A stretch of 64,000 nt of DNA, from the NCBI GenBank assembly GCA_002347655.1, contig DDWR01000020.1:76155-140154 (forward strand), in the 5' to 3' direction. The notes beneath the pieces are model-generated. The model was not told where the DNA came from, ran no database searches, and saw only the letters and a program-made list of their open reading frames with translations. The stretch is from Verrucomicrobia bacterium UBA2281. Lineage in GTDB: Bacteria; Verrucomicrobiota; Kiritimatiellia; CAIQIC01; Lenti-01. Position numbers and translations under genes: made by a program. Below are positions 33,817-44,491 of the stretch, piece by piece. Positions within the stretch are counted from its first letter, which is position 1; each line of letters starts with the position of its first letter.

Positions 33817-36800
33817 ATGAGAAAACGGTCCACATTTCGGATTGGGCGGTGTTCGTGGTGTGCGATGGCCGCGGCACTGGTTCTGGCTGGACCCGTGTGG
33901 GGTGGGAACCCGGACGGGGATCTGCGCGTCGAGATCATCACGGCCTACAATCTGGTGGTGGATTCCAACGCGGAGTCGCCCTCGACCTACGCGCCGAAAT
34001 CGGCCTACATCGGGGCGAAGTTCTGCAACGACGGCGCCAACGCGCTGACGAACGTCTGGGCGTACATCGGCGATCTGGACGCCGGGACGCCGGGGACCTA
34101 TCCGAGCCGGGCGCACCCGCCGCTGGTCGGTCCGCTGCCGGGCGGGGAATTCGCGCTGGTCCACGAGGGCGGCACGATGGGGGCGAACGACGCGACGCGC
34201 TACGTCGGCACCATCGAGCCGGGCGAATGCGTCACGGTCTATTGGCTCGTCAGCTATCCGCAGCTGGATGAAAACGGCGACGCGGTCTGGGGGCCCAGCA
34301 TCAAGCCCGACGACGACCTGTGGCTGGAGTACGACGTCTGGGCCACGGCCCGGGACGGCGGCGCCTATCTGCAGGCCGACGACTCGCGCACGCTGACCTG
34401 CCGCAACGAAATTTCCGCCATGGCCAACAAGATCTGGCCCAACGGCGCCAACAAGGTGCCCCAGGAATACAAGGATTTGCTGCAGCAGTACGCGCCGCTC
34501 TGGACGAACACGTCGGCCGTCGCCGAACCCGGCGCGATCCTGCGCACGGAAGGCATCTGGTACGATCTGGGCAACGTTGGCGACGGGTTCGACAACGACG
34601 GCGACCTGGTGCCGGACCGCAACGCGTGGCTCCAGCCCGTCGGCGATCCGGATCTGTTTGATCCGTCCTGCTTCCGGCTGGTGCGCACCTACGCGATGGT
34701 GATCGTGAAGCTCAACGACGGGACCGAGCAGGTCATCGTCGTGGAGGACCAGCTCTACTTCACCCAGATCCCCGCGAACAACCGCGGGGCGGTGGGCTAC
34801 GTGATGTACGAGTTCATTGCCATCGGGTCGGGCTGCGTCAGCACCCTGACGCCGTACCAGGAAGTGGCCTCGGGCTTCGACAACGAGAAGTTCAACGGCG
34901 ACTACGGCGCGCCGGGGCAGACCCTGACCGGCGGCACGTCGCTGCTGGCCATCGCGAAAACGGCGGACCCGACCCTGACGCGGCCGGGAAGCAACGTCGC
35001 CTATACGGTCACCTATACGAATTCGGGCCCGGATCCCTCCGGCCGGCCGGACATCGGCTTGCCGGTGGTGATCCAGGATGCCATCCCCACGGGCACGGTC
35101 TACGTGGCGGGCAGCGCGACGGCCGCCAACGTCCTGCCACAAGGCGTAGGCAGCTACACGGTCTATTTCTCGACGAACCACGGCCTGACCTGGTCCCTGA
35201 CGGAGCCGGCGATCGCCACCAACGTGACGGACGTGCAGTGGTGGCTGAGCGATCCGTTGCCGCCCGGCGGAACCGGCACCGTGAAGTTCTCCGTCACGGT
35301 CAAGAATCCCTGGCCTTACCCGAGCCCGGTCGTGCCGAACACCTCGGGACTGAGCTTCGGCAACACGACGCCGTTCCTGTGGGCGCACGCGCAGACGCTG
35401 CTGCTGGGCAACAACGCGCTGGGCGACACGGTCTGGCGCGACGACGGCGAAGGCGGCGGTCTGCTCGGCAACCAGCTTCAGGACGGCGGTGAAACCGGCA
35501 TCACCGGCGTGACGGTGCGCCTGTATTACGATCTGGACGGCGACGGCGGAGCCGACTATCTGTTCGCGACCACGAACACCGGCGCGAGCGGTTACTACAC
35601 CTTCACCAACCTGCCCGACGGCCATTTCGTCGTGGTCGTGGACGCCGCGGATCCGGACGTGCCGTTCGGCTACACGCCGACCACGCCGACGGCCTTTCCC
35701 ATTGCGCTCGATCCCGCGCGCACCAACGTCAATCCCGTCGTGGACTGGACCTCCGACTTCGGCTTCGCGCCGGCCCTGACGCTGGTGAAGACGTGGACCA
35801 GCACCAACGCCGTCCGCGAAGGCCAGTTGATCGGCTACAATCTGACGGTCTCCAACAGCCTGCCGGGCGACGGCACCGGTTCAGGTTCGCCGGCGACTTA
35901 TTTCGCCTGGGCGTCCACCGGTGGCGCCAACTATAAAAACACCGAATGGGTGGACTACTGGAACGCCTACACTCCCCCGGGGCCGGACGGCGTGTACTGT
36001 TCCAACCAGTTCGCGGGCCCGACGACGGTGCTCTCGCTCACCAACTTTACCGTCGGCGCGCAATTGGGGGAGGCGACCACCGTCTCGCTCGTGATTCCGA
36101 TCTTGATGGTTCCGCCCATCGGCGGCGACGACACGGTGACCATCGACGTCCGAACCAAGTCGCCCTCCGAGTCGCGCTTCACCGAGACGTATCTGGCGAC
36201 CAACCTCGTCAACGGCGTCTGGACGATTCCCATGACGGGCATTTACGATTGGGCCTGGGCGGACTTCGACACGAACGCCGTGGTGACGCTGACGGCCAAG
36301 AAGAACGCCGGCGGCACGGCCGGCGGCTGGATCCTGGTGGACGCGGTCGGGTTCAAGATCGAAAGCGACCAGACCGTCGGCGTGGCCGGCGGCACCACGA
36401 CGCTGGATCCGGTGCCCCTCGTGGACCGCTACGATCCGGCCCGCCTGCAGTTCGTGAGCGCCCAGCCGCCGGAGTCGCGCGTGGTCTCCAACGGCACCGG
36501 CACGATCTACTGGGACAACGTGGGGCCGATCTATCCCGGCGGCACCTCGACGGTGGCGGTGACGTTCAAGCTGCTCGAGCCGCCCAACAACACCAACGCC
36601 GTCGTCACGAATACCACCTGGGTCACCAACGCCTACTTCCAGGGCGGCGCGCAAGCCAACAACGCCACGAGCAGCGTGGTCGTCACGCAGTTTCCGGCCG
36701 CGACCGTCGGCGACTACGTCTGGCGCGACCTGGACGGCGACGGCATCCAGGACGCGGGCGAACCGGGCGTGCCCAACGTGGCCGTGTCCATCACGCCGCC

Positions 36801-39800
36801 GGCCGGCATCGACCTGGGGAACGGCCTTGGCGCGGCCATCACCAACTGGACGGACGAAAACGGCTACTACCTGTTCGAGTCGATCCCGACGACCGGGATC
36901 TACACGGTGCGGGTGGTGACGGCGACCCTGCCGGGCGGGACGGGCGTCAATACCTTCGACGAGGACGGCGTGCTGAACAGCCAGACCGCCGTCTACCTGG
37001 ACATCTACGCCAACGGCACGAACAACCTGCATCTGACGACCGATTTCGGCTACACCCTGCCCAGCACGATCGAAGGCACCATCTGGCACGATTATGATCG
37101 GGGGCAGGAAGCCTATCGCGAAGCCGGCGAGGACTGGATGACCAACGTGACGGTCTATCTGTGCGCCAGCCCGTCGCCCTGCGGCCCGGACGCGTCCATC
37201 GCCACCAACGTCACGACCACCAACGGCTATTTCCAGTTCACCGGCAACTTCATCGGCACCTACACCGTCTACGTTGCGACCAATTCCGGCATGCTCAGCA
37301 ACGGCTCGTGGAAGATCTCGTTCGACACGGACGGCACCAACACGCCGAATGTTGCCGCGGTGACGGTTCCGCTCGGCGGGACGGGGCGGGCGGACTTCAG
37401 CTACTTCCGCACCGGACCCTACCGGATCGGCGACACGGTGTTCTACGACTGGAACAGCGACGGCGTGCAGAACGTCGAATCCGAGGGCGGCATCTCCAAC
37501 GTCACGGTCTATCTCTACGAAGACGCCAACGGCAACGGCGTGGTGGACGCGGCGACCGACGCCTTCGTCGCCTCGACGGTCACCGCCACCAACGGCTACT
37601 ACCTGTTCACCAACCTGTTCGCGACGAACACCTACCTGGTGATCGTCGATCGGCAGGACCCCGACCTGCCGGCGAACTACATCGTGACCGCGGACCCCGA
37701 CGCCGTGAAGGACGCGCGCAGCGTCGTGACGATCGTCAACGCCGACGATTTCGACCAGGATTTCGGGTTCTGGCCCTACGGAAACGGCGCGATCGGCGAC
37801 ACGGTGTGGAAGGACGTGAACGCCGACGGGATCCAGCTGGGCTATCAGGAGCCGGGCATCGCCGGCGTGCGGGTCACGCTCTACTACGAAGCCAACGGAA
37901 CCTGGTGGCCGCTGCGGAGCATGGACACCGACGCCAACGGCATGTATCTCTTCGACTCCCTGCCGGACGGAAACTACCGGGTGGCGGTGGACGATGCGGA
38001 CGCCGACCTGCCGGTCGATGCCTTGGGCAACGCCTATTATCCGAGCACCCCCGTCTTCCACGACGCGACGATCAGCGGCGGCAACGTCTACCTGGACGCC
38101 GATTTCGGCTTCGCGCCCTACGGCGCGATCGGCGACACGGTCTTCTGGGACCTCAACCGCAACGGCGACCAGGACTTCAACGACCCCGGCGTGGCCGGCG
38201 TGGACGTTTACCTGTATGCCGACGCCAACGGCAACGGCATCTACGATGCGGGCGAAACGCTGGTGGCCACCGAAACCACCGACGCGACCGGGTTCTACGT
38301 GTTCTCCGGCCTGCTGCCGGACCGCTACGTCGTCGTGGTCGAAACGGCCAGCGGCCCGCTGGCCGGCACGGACCCGACCGCCGATCCGCAGTCGGACGGC
38401 CTGGCCTGCGACGATCCGCTCAACGTCGTGCCCTGCGACGACCAGTGCGGCTGGACGCTCGCGCCCGCGCAGATCTTCATGGGCGCGGACTTCGGCTATG
38501 CGCCGCGGGGCGTCATCGGCGACACGCTCTGGATCGATACCAACGGCAACGGCGTGCGCGACGAAAACGAACTCGGTATTCCGTACGTCGACGTGATCCT
38601 GTATTCCAACGGGGTGGCGATCGCCACAAACGCGACGGATGCCGACGGCTACTATGGCTTCAGCGGCCTGGTGGACTTCGCCAACTACGGCGTGCGGGTA
38701 GCGACCAACGACGTCGATTTCCCGGCCGGCCTGACGAACACCTGGACGGCGGACGGCACCTTCGACAACTACGCGACCAACATCGTGATGTCCGGCGGCG
38801 CCGTGACCTCGATCGGCGGCTATCCTTGCACGGACTGCGACCTGAACGTCGATTTCGGCTACCGCTACGCCGGCAACAACAGCCTGAGCGGCACGATCGG
38901 CCTCGACGCGCCGCCCTACGACGGCCTGATGAACGGCCTGAATCCGTCCGGTCCCGGCGCGGGCGAATCGCCCTATGCCGGCGTGCCGGTGACGCTCTAT
39001 CTCTGGAACGACGACGGCGACGGCATCCTCGAGGCCGGCGAAACCGTGCAGATCGGCACGAAGACCACCGATGCCAACGGGGATTACGCTTTCACGGGAT
39101 TGCCGAACGGCGACGGCAACGACAAGTACGTCGTGGCCAGCCCCGCGCCGGAAAGCTATCTGACGCTCACCACCACCAACGGCTCCATCGCCGGCGTGGC
39201 GGTGTTTTCGACGACCAATCTCCAGGGGTACGCCGTTTCCGCCCGGCTGGCGGTCGACGTCGCGGCGAACGTCACGAACATGGACTTTGCCTACGCCTCC
39301 CAGAAGGCCTACGACTACGGGGACCTGCCGGAGAGCTACAAGACGTTGCTGTCCGATGGCGCTCGGCACGTCGTGCCGCCGACGCCGAATCTCTATCTGG
39401 GCGCCGGCGTGGATACCGAACAGAACGGCGCACCTTCCACGGGCGCCGATGGCGACGATCTGGCCGGGACGGACGACGAGGACGGCGTGGTCCAGATCGT
39501 TTCGTCCACGTGGCGGACCGGCACGGCCGGCGGTTCCGTCGAAGTGACGGTGGGCGCGGGCAGCGGCTGGTTGCTGGGCTATATCGATTTCAACGGCGAC
39601 GGCGATTTCGTGGACGCCGGCGAAATGGTCTGCAACTTGGCGGTTTCGAACGCCGGCGGCAACGGGGTAGGAGTCTACACCAACGCGTTCACCGTGCCCG
39701 CCGGCACGTTCTCCGCGACCAGTTCCACGCCGCTCTACGCGCGCTTCCGGATTGTTCCGTCCCGGCCGCTGTTCCCCGAACTGGCCTATGCCGGCACGGC

Positions 39801-42800
39801 CGAAAACGGCGAAGTGGAGGATTATCTCTGGCATCTGGCCGGCCTGGGCGACTACGTCTGGTACGACGTGGACGGCGACGGCGTGCAGGACGCCGGCGAG
39901 CCGCCGATCGTCGGCGTGCGCGTGTTTGCCGACCTCAACGACGACGGCGTCTGGCAGACCACCGAACCTTCGGCGACAACCGATTCCAACGGGCTGTACG
40001 GCATCGGCGGACTGGTGCCGGGAACCTATTCCGTGCGGGTGGACACGAGCACGCTGCCGGCGGGCGTCACGCCGACCTACGACCTCGACGGCATCGGCAC
40101 GCCCCACCAAGCTTCGGCCGAAATCACGGCGCTCGACCAGTTCGTTGCCACCGTCGATTTCGGCTATGCTCCGCCGGTGAACATCGGCGATCGGGTGTGG
40201 TTCGACGCCAACCGCGACGGCATCCAGAACGCCAGCGAAACCAACGGGCTTTACGAAATCCCCGTCGCGTTGCTGGACACCAACGGGAACGTCGTGGCCG
40301 AAACGGCCACCGATTCTGAGGGCAACTACCTGTTCGCGAACATGCCGACCGGCACCTATCTGGTCCGGTTCGACCTGTCCGTCTTCACCACGAACGAAAT
40401 GCTCAGCCCGTCCAAGGTCGGCAGCGACGACGCCATCGACAACGATTGGGTTTCCGGCAACGCCAGCGACTACGCCTGGACGGCGCCGTTCTCCGTTTCG
40501 GGGGGCGAGGACTACCTGGACGTGGATCTCGGCGTGGCCACTCGTTCGCCGACGCGCGCCGAACTGGCCGAGGTCTGGGGCGAATGGGTGGAAAATGAAG
40601 GACGCGTGGTTTGGCGCACCGATGCGGAATACAGCACGGCCGGATTCTTCGTCTATCGCGTCGATCCGGAAACCGGCGCGGAATCGCGGTTGAACGAGCG
40701 ATTGGCGCTTTCCGCGTTCAACGAAGGCGGCGCGACCTACGCGCTGGCCGATCCCGCGGCGCGCGCCGGCGAGGAACGGACCTATCGCCTGGAAGAAGTC
40801 GAATTGTCCGGCGAACGCCGCGACCTGGGCACGCGCGAAATTCGTTTTGCAGAACCGGCTGAACCCACCGCGGTTTCCCGCTCGGCGCTGGCGGCGCCAC
40901 CCGCGAAAAAATCCGTTCGCCCCAAGGGCCTGGCGGGTCCGTCCGCGGTGCTGAAGGTTCACGTGGGCCGGGAGGGCCTCTATGGCTTGGGTTGGTCGGC
41001 CATCGCGGACGGCATGGGACTCGCGCCGGCGGACGTGCAGGCGCTGGCCGAAGCGGGTTCGCTGAAGATCGCGCGCCAAGGCGAACCCGTGCCGACGCTC
41101 GTCGATGCGGCGCGCGAACGGCTGCTCTTCCATGCGCGGCCACCGGTGCGCACCTGGTACGCGCACGACGACGTCTATCTGGTATCGGTCGGTGACGGGC
41201 TGCCGATGGTGCGGCGCGATCCAGGCGCGGTGGCCGGAACGACGGCCTTTCCGACGACGCTCCGCTTCGAAGAAAACAGATTCCTGTTCAGCATGAACCG
41301 CATGCCCGCCGATTTCTACTTCTGGATTCCGGTCATGAGCGGCTACGGGGAGCTGTCGGTGACCAACGTGCCGCTGGATCTGGGCGGCTATGCGGGCGGC
41401 GACGTGGCGCTGACCGTGCGCCTGATGGGCTGGTCCAGCTCGACCAATCATCCCGACCATCTGGCGCGGTTCGCCTTCAACGGCGTCGAACTGGGCGAGA
41501 TGTCCTTCGACGGGCAGGAGGTGGCCGAGGCCCATTTGGCGGTGCCGGCGTCCATCGTGTCGAACGGCGTCAATACCTTTGCGATCGAAGGGGTGCTGCA
41601 AGCCGGCCGCAGCGACAGCTTCTTCGTGGTGGATTGGGTGGATGCCTCGTTTGTCCGGACGCTGGCGCCCGAAACGATTCCCGCCGCGTTCGGCGCGAAC
41701 GGAGCCGCCGCGGTTTCCGCGCAGGCCTTCGCCGAACCGATCGCCGTGGCCGTGGACGAGATGGGCAACCCGACCTGGATTGCCGCCGAAAACGGGGAAT
41801 TGCCGACCAAAGCGTGGGCCGTCGCCTCGCCGACCGAACGGTATGCGGTCGTCGCGGCCGACGCGCTGCCGATGCTGGCGCCCGAGCCGGCCGCGGCGGA
41901 CGCCTGGTTCCTCTCGGCCGAAAACCAAATCGATTACCTGGTGATTGCCTCCCGCGACTTGGCCGCGGCGGCGCAGGAACTCGTGGATTATCGCGCGGGG
42001 CAGGGGCTGCGCGCCGGCTTGGCGACGTTCGAAGACGCCTGCGATTTGCTGACGGGCGGCGTGCGGACGCCGGAGGCCGTTCCGGCTCTGCTGAAGCGTG
42101 CCGCGGCGACCTGGGCGGTCGCGCCGCGGATGGTCGTGCTGGCCGGCAGCGGGCACTACGACTACCTGGGCATCAACTATGCCGAACCCAACCATCTGCC
42201 GCCGCTGCTGGTCCAGATGCCGGCCGGCGTGTGCGCTTCGGACGGCTTGCTGGCCGATACGGGCGGCGACGAACTGCCGGATCTCGCGATCGGGCGGTTG
42301 CCCGCGCTGACCGCCGCGGAACTGACCGCCATGATTGCGAAGATCAAGGCCTACGAAGCGGGCTTCGGCTCCGCATGGCAGAACCAACTCGTGCTGGCGG
42401 CGGACAACGCCGACGCGGCGGGTCCGTTCCTGGCGGCGAACCAGCGGTTGGCGGATTTGGTGGAAACGCCCTATGCGGTGGCCGAACGGATCGAACTGGA
42501 TTCGATGGCATTCGGCTTGGCGCGCACGAATCTCTTGCGCTGGTTCAACGTCGGCGCGGGCTTCATCAACTACGTCGGCCATGGCGACATCAAGAATCTC
42601 GCGTCGGAAAAGTGGCTGAAGGATACCGACGTGGCGGCGATGGTGAACACCTCCCGGCCGCCGGTGGTGGCCACGCTGACCTGCCTGGCGGCGCGGTACG
42701 AAGTGCCCGCCGTGCATAGCCTCGGCGAGCGCCTGCTGCGGCAAGCCGGCGGCGGCGCCGTCGCGGTGCTGGGTCCCTCCGGCCTTTCGCAGAACGCCCC

Positions 42801-44436
42801 GGCGACGGAACTGGGCGAGGCTTTCTACCGGGCGGTCCTGCAGGACGGCGCGGGCGAGCTGGGGCCGGCGTTCCTGAAAGCCCGCCGTTCCCTGCCGGCC
42901 ACGCTGTTCACGAAGGACACGATCGCGGTCTACAATCTGCTCGGCGATCCGGCGCTGAAGATCGCGGGCAACGACCCGGCGGACGAACCCGTTGCGCCGG
43001 CGCAGGTCATCCTCGCGGGGCTTGCGCAGACCTTCGACGGCACGCCGCGCGCCGCCGCCGCGACCACGGTTCCGGCGGGCCTCGCCGTCCGCATTTCCTA
43101 CGCCGGACAGTTGTCGGCGCCGACCGCGGCCGGCACCTATGCCGTGTGCGCGGCCGTGGCCACCGTGGGCTACGAAGGCTTCGCCACCGGCACCCTGACG
43201 GTGGCCCGGGCGCCGGCCGCCGTGACGCTCTCCGGACTGGAACAGGTTTACGACGGTACGCCGCGCGCCGCCGCCGCGACCACGGTGCCGGCCGGATTGG
43301 GGCTTGAATGGACCTATGCCGGCGATCCGAAGCCGCCGGTCGCGGCCGGAACGCATGAAGTCGTCGCGACGGTGGCGGACGCCAACTACTCCGGCGCGGC
43401 AACCGGCACGCTGGTGGTGGCCCAGGCGCCGGCCGCGGTGACGCTCGCGGACTTGGAACAGGTCTACGACGGTACGCCGCGCGCCGCCGCCGCGACCACG
43501 GTTCCGGCCGGCCTAACGGTCGCGTGGACCTATGACGGCGATCCGGAACCGCCGGTCGCGGCCGGCACCTATGAAGTCGTCGCGACCGTGGCCGAGGCCA
43601 ACTATTCCGGCGCGGTCACGGGACTCCTGACGCTGGCCCGGAAACCGGCCGGCATCGTGCTGGGCAACTTGCAGCAAACCTGCGACGGCACGCCGCGGCA
43701 CGCGACCGCGACTACCGACCCGGCCCACTTGGCCGTGGACTTCACCTACGACGGTCGGCCGCTGGCCCCGACGACAGCCGGCAGCTATGCCGTCGTTGCC
43801 GCGATCGGCGATGCGAACCATGCCGGCGGCGCCACGGGCACGCTCGTGGTTGCGCGCGGCGTCGCGGAAGTCGCGCTCCGCGACCTCGCGCACGTGTACG
43901 ACGGGGCGCCCAAATGCGCGGCGGCGACGACTCGGCCGGCCGGCCTGCCGGTGCGGGTGACCTACGATGGATGGGACGCTCCGCCGTCGGCCGCCGGCAC
44001 CTACGAAGTCGTCGCCACCGTCGTGGATGAAAATTTCACGGGTTCCGCCACGGGCACGCTGGCCATCTTGGAGATCGTCGATCCGTTCGAGCGCTGGCTG
44101 GAAACCCAAAGCCTGGATCCGCTGGACGTCCGCATGGCCTGGGACGAGGATGGCGACGGCGATGGGCAAACCACCTGGGAAGAATATTTGGCCGATACCG
44201 ATCCGGCGGATTCCGAAGTTCTCTTCGCGGTCGAGGGGTACTATGCCGAAGACACCAAGGCGATCCACCTGACGTTCCCGGCCAGTCCAAACCGCTACTA
44301 CCAACTCGAGTATTCGACCAACCTGTTTGCCCCCACCCGGGTCCTCGATCTGGGGTGGGGCACCACCGGCTATTTTGCCACGAACGCTCCCGGCCAATGG
44401 TTTGGAACGATCCGGGTCCGGATGGATCCACCTTAG
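33817..44436 (+). CDS. giant secreted multidomain surface protein (about 3,540 aa): signal peptide, DUF11 domain, about 20 SdrD-B-like Ca-binding beta-sandwich repeats, GEVED domain, peptidase-C25 (gingipain)-like domain, six MBG repeats, conserved C-terminal module
   Basis: ATG 33817 (MRKRSTFRIGRCSWCAMAAALVLAGPVWG, signal-like); the track starts at TTG 33775. Repeated GDTVW(R/K)D.N.(N/D)G.QD..E.G..GV.V.LY....G......T.TD..G.Y.F..L..G.Y.V units. ENGEVEDY. HG/Cys motifs of C25 (..INYVGHGDIKNL.., ..ATLTCLAARYE..). (YDGTPR..AAGTYEVVATV..NY.G.ATGTL)x6. Confidence 0.8.
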   Translation: MRKRSTFRIGRCSWCAMAAALVLAGPVWGGNPDGDLRVEIITAYNLVVDSNAESPSTYAPKSAYIGAKFCNDGANALTNVWAYIGDLDAGTPGTYPSRAHPPLVGPLPGGEFALVHEGGTMGANDATRYVGTIEPGECVTVYWLVSYPQLDENGDAVWGPSIKPDDDLWLEYDVWATARDGGAYLQADDSRTLTCRNEISAMANKIWPNGANKVPQEYKDLLQQYAPLWTNTSAVAEPGAILRTEGIWYDLGNVGDGFDNDGDLVPDRNAWLQPVGDPDLFDPSCFRLVRTYAMVIVKLNDGTEQVIVVEDQLYFTQIPANNRGAVGYVMYEFIAIGSGCVSTLTPYQEVASGFDNEKFNGDYGAPGQTLTGGTSLLAIAKTADPTLTRPGSNVAYTVTYTNSGPDPSGRPDIGLPVVIQDAIPTGTVYVAGSATAANVLPQGVGSYTVYFSTNHGLTWSLTEPAIATNVTDVQWWLSDPLPPGGTGTVKFSVTVKNPWPYPSPVVPNTSGLSFGNTTPFLWAHAQTLLLGNNALGDTVWRDDGEGGGLLGNQLQDGGETGITGVTVRLYYDLDGDGGADYLFATTNTGASGYYTFTNLPDGHFVVVVDAADPDVPFGYTPTTPTAFPIALDPARTNVNPVVDWTSDFGFAPALTLVKTWTSTNAVREGQLIGYNLTVSNSLPGDGTGSGSPATYFAWASTGGANYKNTEWVDYWNAYTPPGPDGVYCSNQFAGPTTVLSLTNFTVGAQLGEATTVSLVIPILMVPPIGGDDTVTIDVRTKSPSESRFTETYLATNLVNGVWTIPMTGIYDWAWADFDTNAVVTLTAKKNAGGTAGGWILVDAVGFKIESDQTVGVAGGTTTLDPVPLVDRYDPARLQFVSAQPPESRVVSNGTGTIYWDNVGPIYPGGTSTVAVTFKLLEPPNNTNAVVTNTTWVTNAYFQGGAQANNATSSVVVTQFPAATVGDYVWRDLDGDGIQDAGEPGVPNVAVSITPPAGIDLGNGLGAAITNWTDENGYYLFESIPTTGIYTVRVVTATLPGGTGVNTFDEDGVLNSQTAVYLDIYANGTNNLHLTTDFGYTLPSTIEGTIWHDYDRGQEAYREAGEDWMTNVTVYLCASPSPCGPDASIATNVTTTNGYFQFTGNFIGTYTVYVATNSGMLSNGSWKISFDTDGTNTPNVAAVTVPLGGTGRADFSYFRTGPYRIGDTVFYDWNSDGVQNVESEGGISNVTVYLYEDANGNGVVDAATDAFVASTVTATNGYYLFTNLFATNTYLVIVDRQDPDLPANYIVTADPDAVKDARSVVTIVNADDFDQDFGFWPYGNGAIGDTVWKDVNADGIQLGYQEPGIAGVRVTLYYEANGTWWPLRSMDTDANGMYLFDSLPDGNYRVAVDDADADLPVDALGNAYYPSTPVFHDATISGGNVYLDADFGFAPYGAIGDTVFWDLNRNGDQDFNDPGVAGVDVYLYADANGNGIYDAGETLVATETTDATGFYVFSGLLPDRYVVVVETASGPLAGTDPTADPQSDGLACDDPLNVVPCDDQCGWTLAPAQIFMGADFGYAPRGVIGDTLWIDTNGNGVRDENELGIPYVDVILYSNGVAIATNATDADGYYGFSGLVDFANYGVRVATNDVDFPAGLTNTWTADGTFDNYATNIVMSGGAVTSIGGYPCTDCDLNVDFGYRYAGNNSLSGTIGLDAPPYDGLMNGLNPSGPGAGESPYAGVPVTLYLWNDDGDGILEAGETVQIGTKTTDANGDYAFTGLPNGDGNDKYVVASPAPESYLTLTTTNGSIAGVAVFSTTNLQGYAVSARLAVDVAANVTNMDFAYASQKAYDYGDLPESYKTLLSDGARHVVPPTPNLYLGAGVDTEQNGAPSTGADGDDLAGTDDEDGVVQIVSSTWRTGTAGGSVEVTVGAGSGWLLGYIDFNGDGDFVDAGEMVCNLAVSNAGGNGVGVYTNAFTVPAGTFSATSSTPLYARFRIVPSRPLFPELAYAGTAENGEVEDYLWHLAGLGDYVWYDVDGDGVQDAGEPPIVGVRVFADLNDDGVWQTTEPSATTDSNGLYGIGGLVPGTYSVRVDTSTLPAGVTPTYDLDGIGTPHQASAEITALDQFVATVDFGYAPPVNIGDRVWFDANRDGIQNASETNGLYEIPVALLDTNGNVVAETATDSEGNYLFANMPTGTYLVRFDLSVFTTNEMLSPSKVGSDDAIDNDWVSGNASDYAWTAPFSVSGGEDYLDVDLGVATRSPTRAELAEVWGEWVENEGRVVWRTDAEYSTAGFFVYRVDPETGAESRLNERLALSAFNEGGATYALADPAARAGEERTYRLEEVELSGERRDLGTREIRFAEPAEPTAVSRSALAAPPAKKSVRPKGLAGPSAVLKVHVGREGLYGLGWSAIADGMGLAPADVQALAEAGSLKIARQGEPVPTLVDAARERLLFHARPPVRTWYAHDDVYLVSVGDGLPMVRRDPGAVAGTTAFPTTLRFEENRFLFSMNRMPADFYFWIPVMSGYGELSVTNVPLDLGGYAGGDVALTVRLMGWSSSTNHPDHLARFAFNGVELGEMSFDGQEVAEAHLAVPASIVSNGVNTFAIEGVLQAGRSDSFFVVDWVDASFVRTLAPETIPAAFGANGAAAVSAQAFAEPIAVAVDEMGNPTWIAAENGELPTKAWAVASPTERYAVVAADALPMLAPEPAAADAWFLSAENQIDYLVIASRDLAAAAQELVDYRAGQGLRAGLATFEDACDLLTGGVRTPEAVPALLKRAAATWAVAPRMVVLAGSGHYDYLGINYAEPNHLPPLLVQMPAGVCASDGLLADTGGDELPDLAIGRLPALTAAELTAMIAKIKAYEAGFGSAWQNQLVLAADNADAAGPFLAANQRLADLVETPYAVAERIELDSMAFGLARTNLLRWFNVGAGFINYVGHGDIKNLASEKWLKDTDVAAMVNTSRPPVVATLTCLAARYEVPAVHSLGERLLRQAGGGAVAVLGPSGLSQNAPATELGEAFYRAVLQDGAGELGPAFLKARRSLPATLFTKDTIAVYNLLGDPALKIAGNDPADEPVAPAQVILAGLAQTFDGTPRAAAATTVPAGLAVRISYAGQLSAPTAAGTYAVCAAVATVGYEGFATGTLTVARAPAAVTLSGLEQVYDGTPRAAAATTVPAGLGLEWTYAGDPKPPVAAGTHEVVATVADANYSGAATGTLVVAQAPAAVTLADLEQVYDGTPRAAAATTVPAGLTVAWTYDGDPEPPVAAGTYEVVATVAEANYSGAVTGLLTLARKPAGIVLGNLQQTCDGTPRHATATTDPAHLAVDFTYDGRPLAPTTAGSYAVVAAIGDANHAGGATGTLVVARGVAEVALRDLAHVYDGAPKCAAATTRPAGLPVRVTYDGWDAPPSAAGTYEVVATVVDENFTGSATGTLAILEIVDPFERWLETQSLDPLDVRMAWDEDGDGDGQTTWEEYLADTDPADSEVLFAVEGYYAEDTKAIHLTFPASPNRYYQLEYSTNLFAPTRVLDLGWGTTGYFATNAPGQWFGTIRVRMDPP

Positions 44437-44491
44437 GATTGCGCCGGCGAGGGAACCTGCTAGGATAACGCCAGAACCGAAGGAGTTTCCG

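Noticed and set aside
33623-33877. 84-aa ORF on the minus strand in the AT-rich intergenic region
   Set aside because: Low-complexity translation, no RBS, located in a promoter-like AT-rich region and overlapping the giant-gene start. Probably spurious.
35881-43356. 2,491-aa ORF on the minus strand, antisense to the giant gene. Similar very long antisense or alternate-frame ORFs exist at 55801..62382 (-), 53700..62366 (+), 53662..55791 (-), 5659..7836 (-), 12595..14286 (-), 14947..17379 (-) and 27391..29082 (+ frame).
   Set aside because: In 65-70% GC DNA, stop codons are rare in all frames. These ORFs have low-complexity Arg/Gly/Ala/Pro-rich translations and no recognisable domains. Each one overlaps a sense-strand gene that has clear family signatures, so they are GC-bias shadow ORFs.
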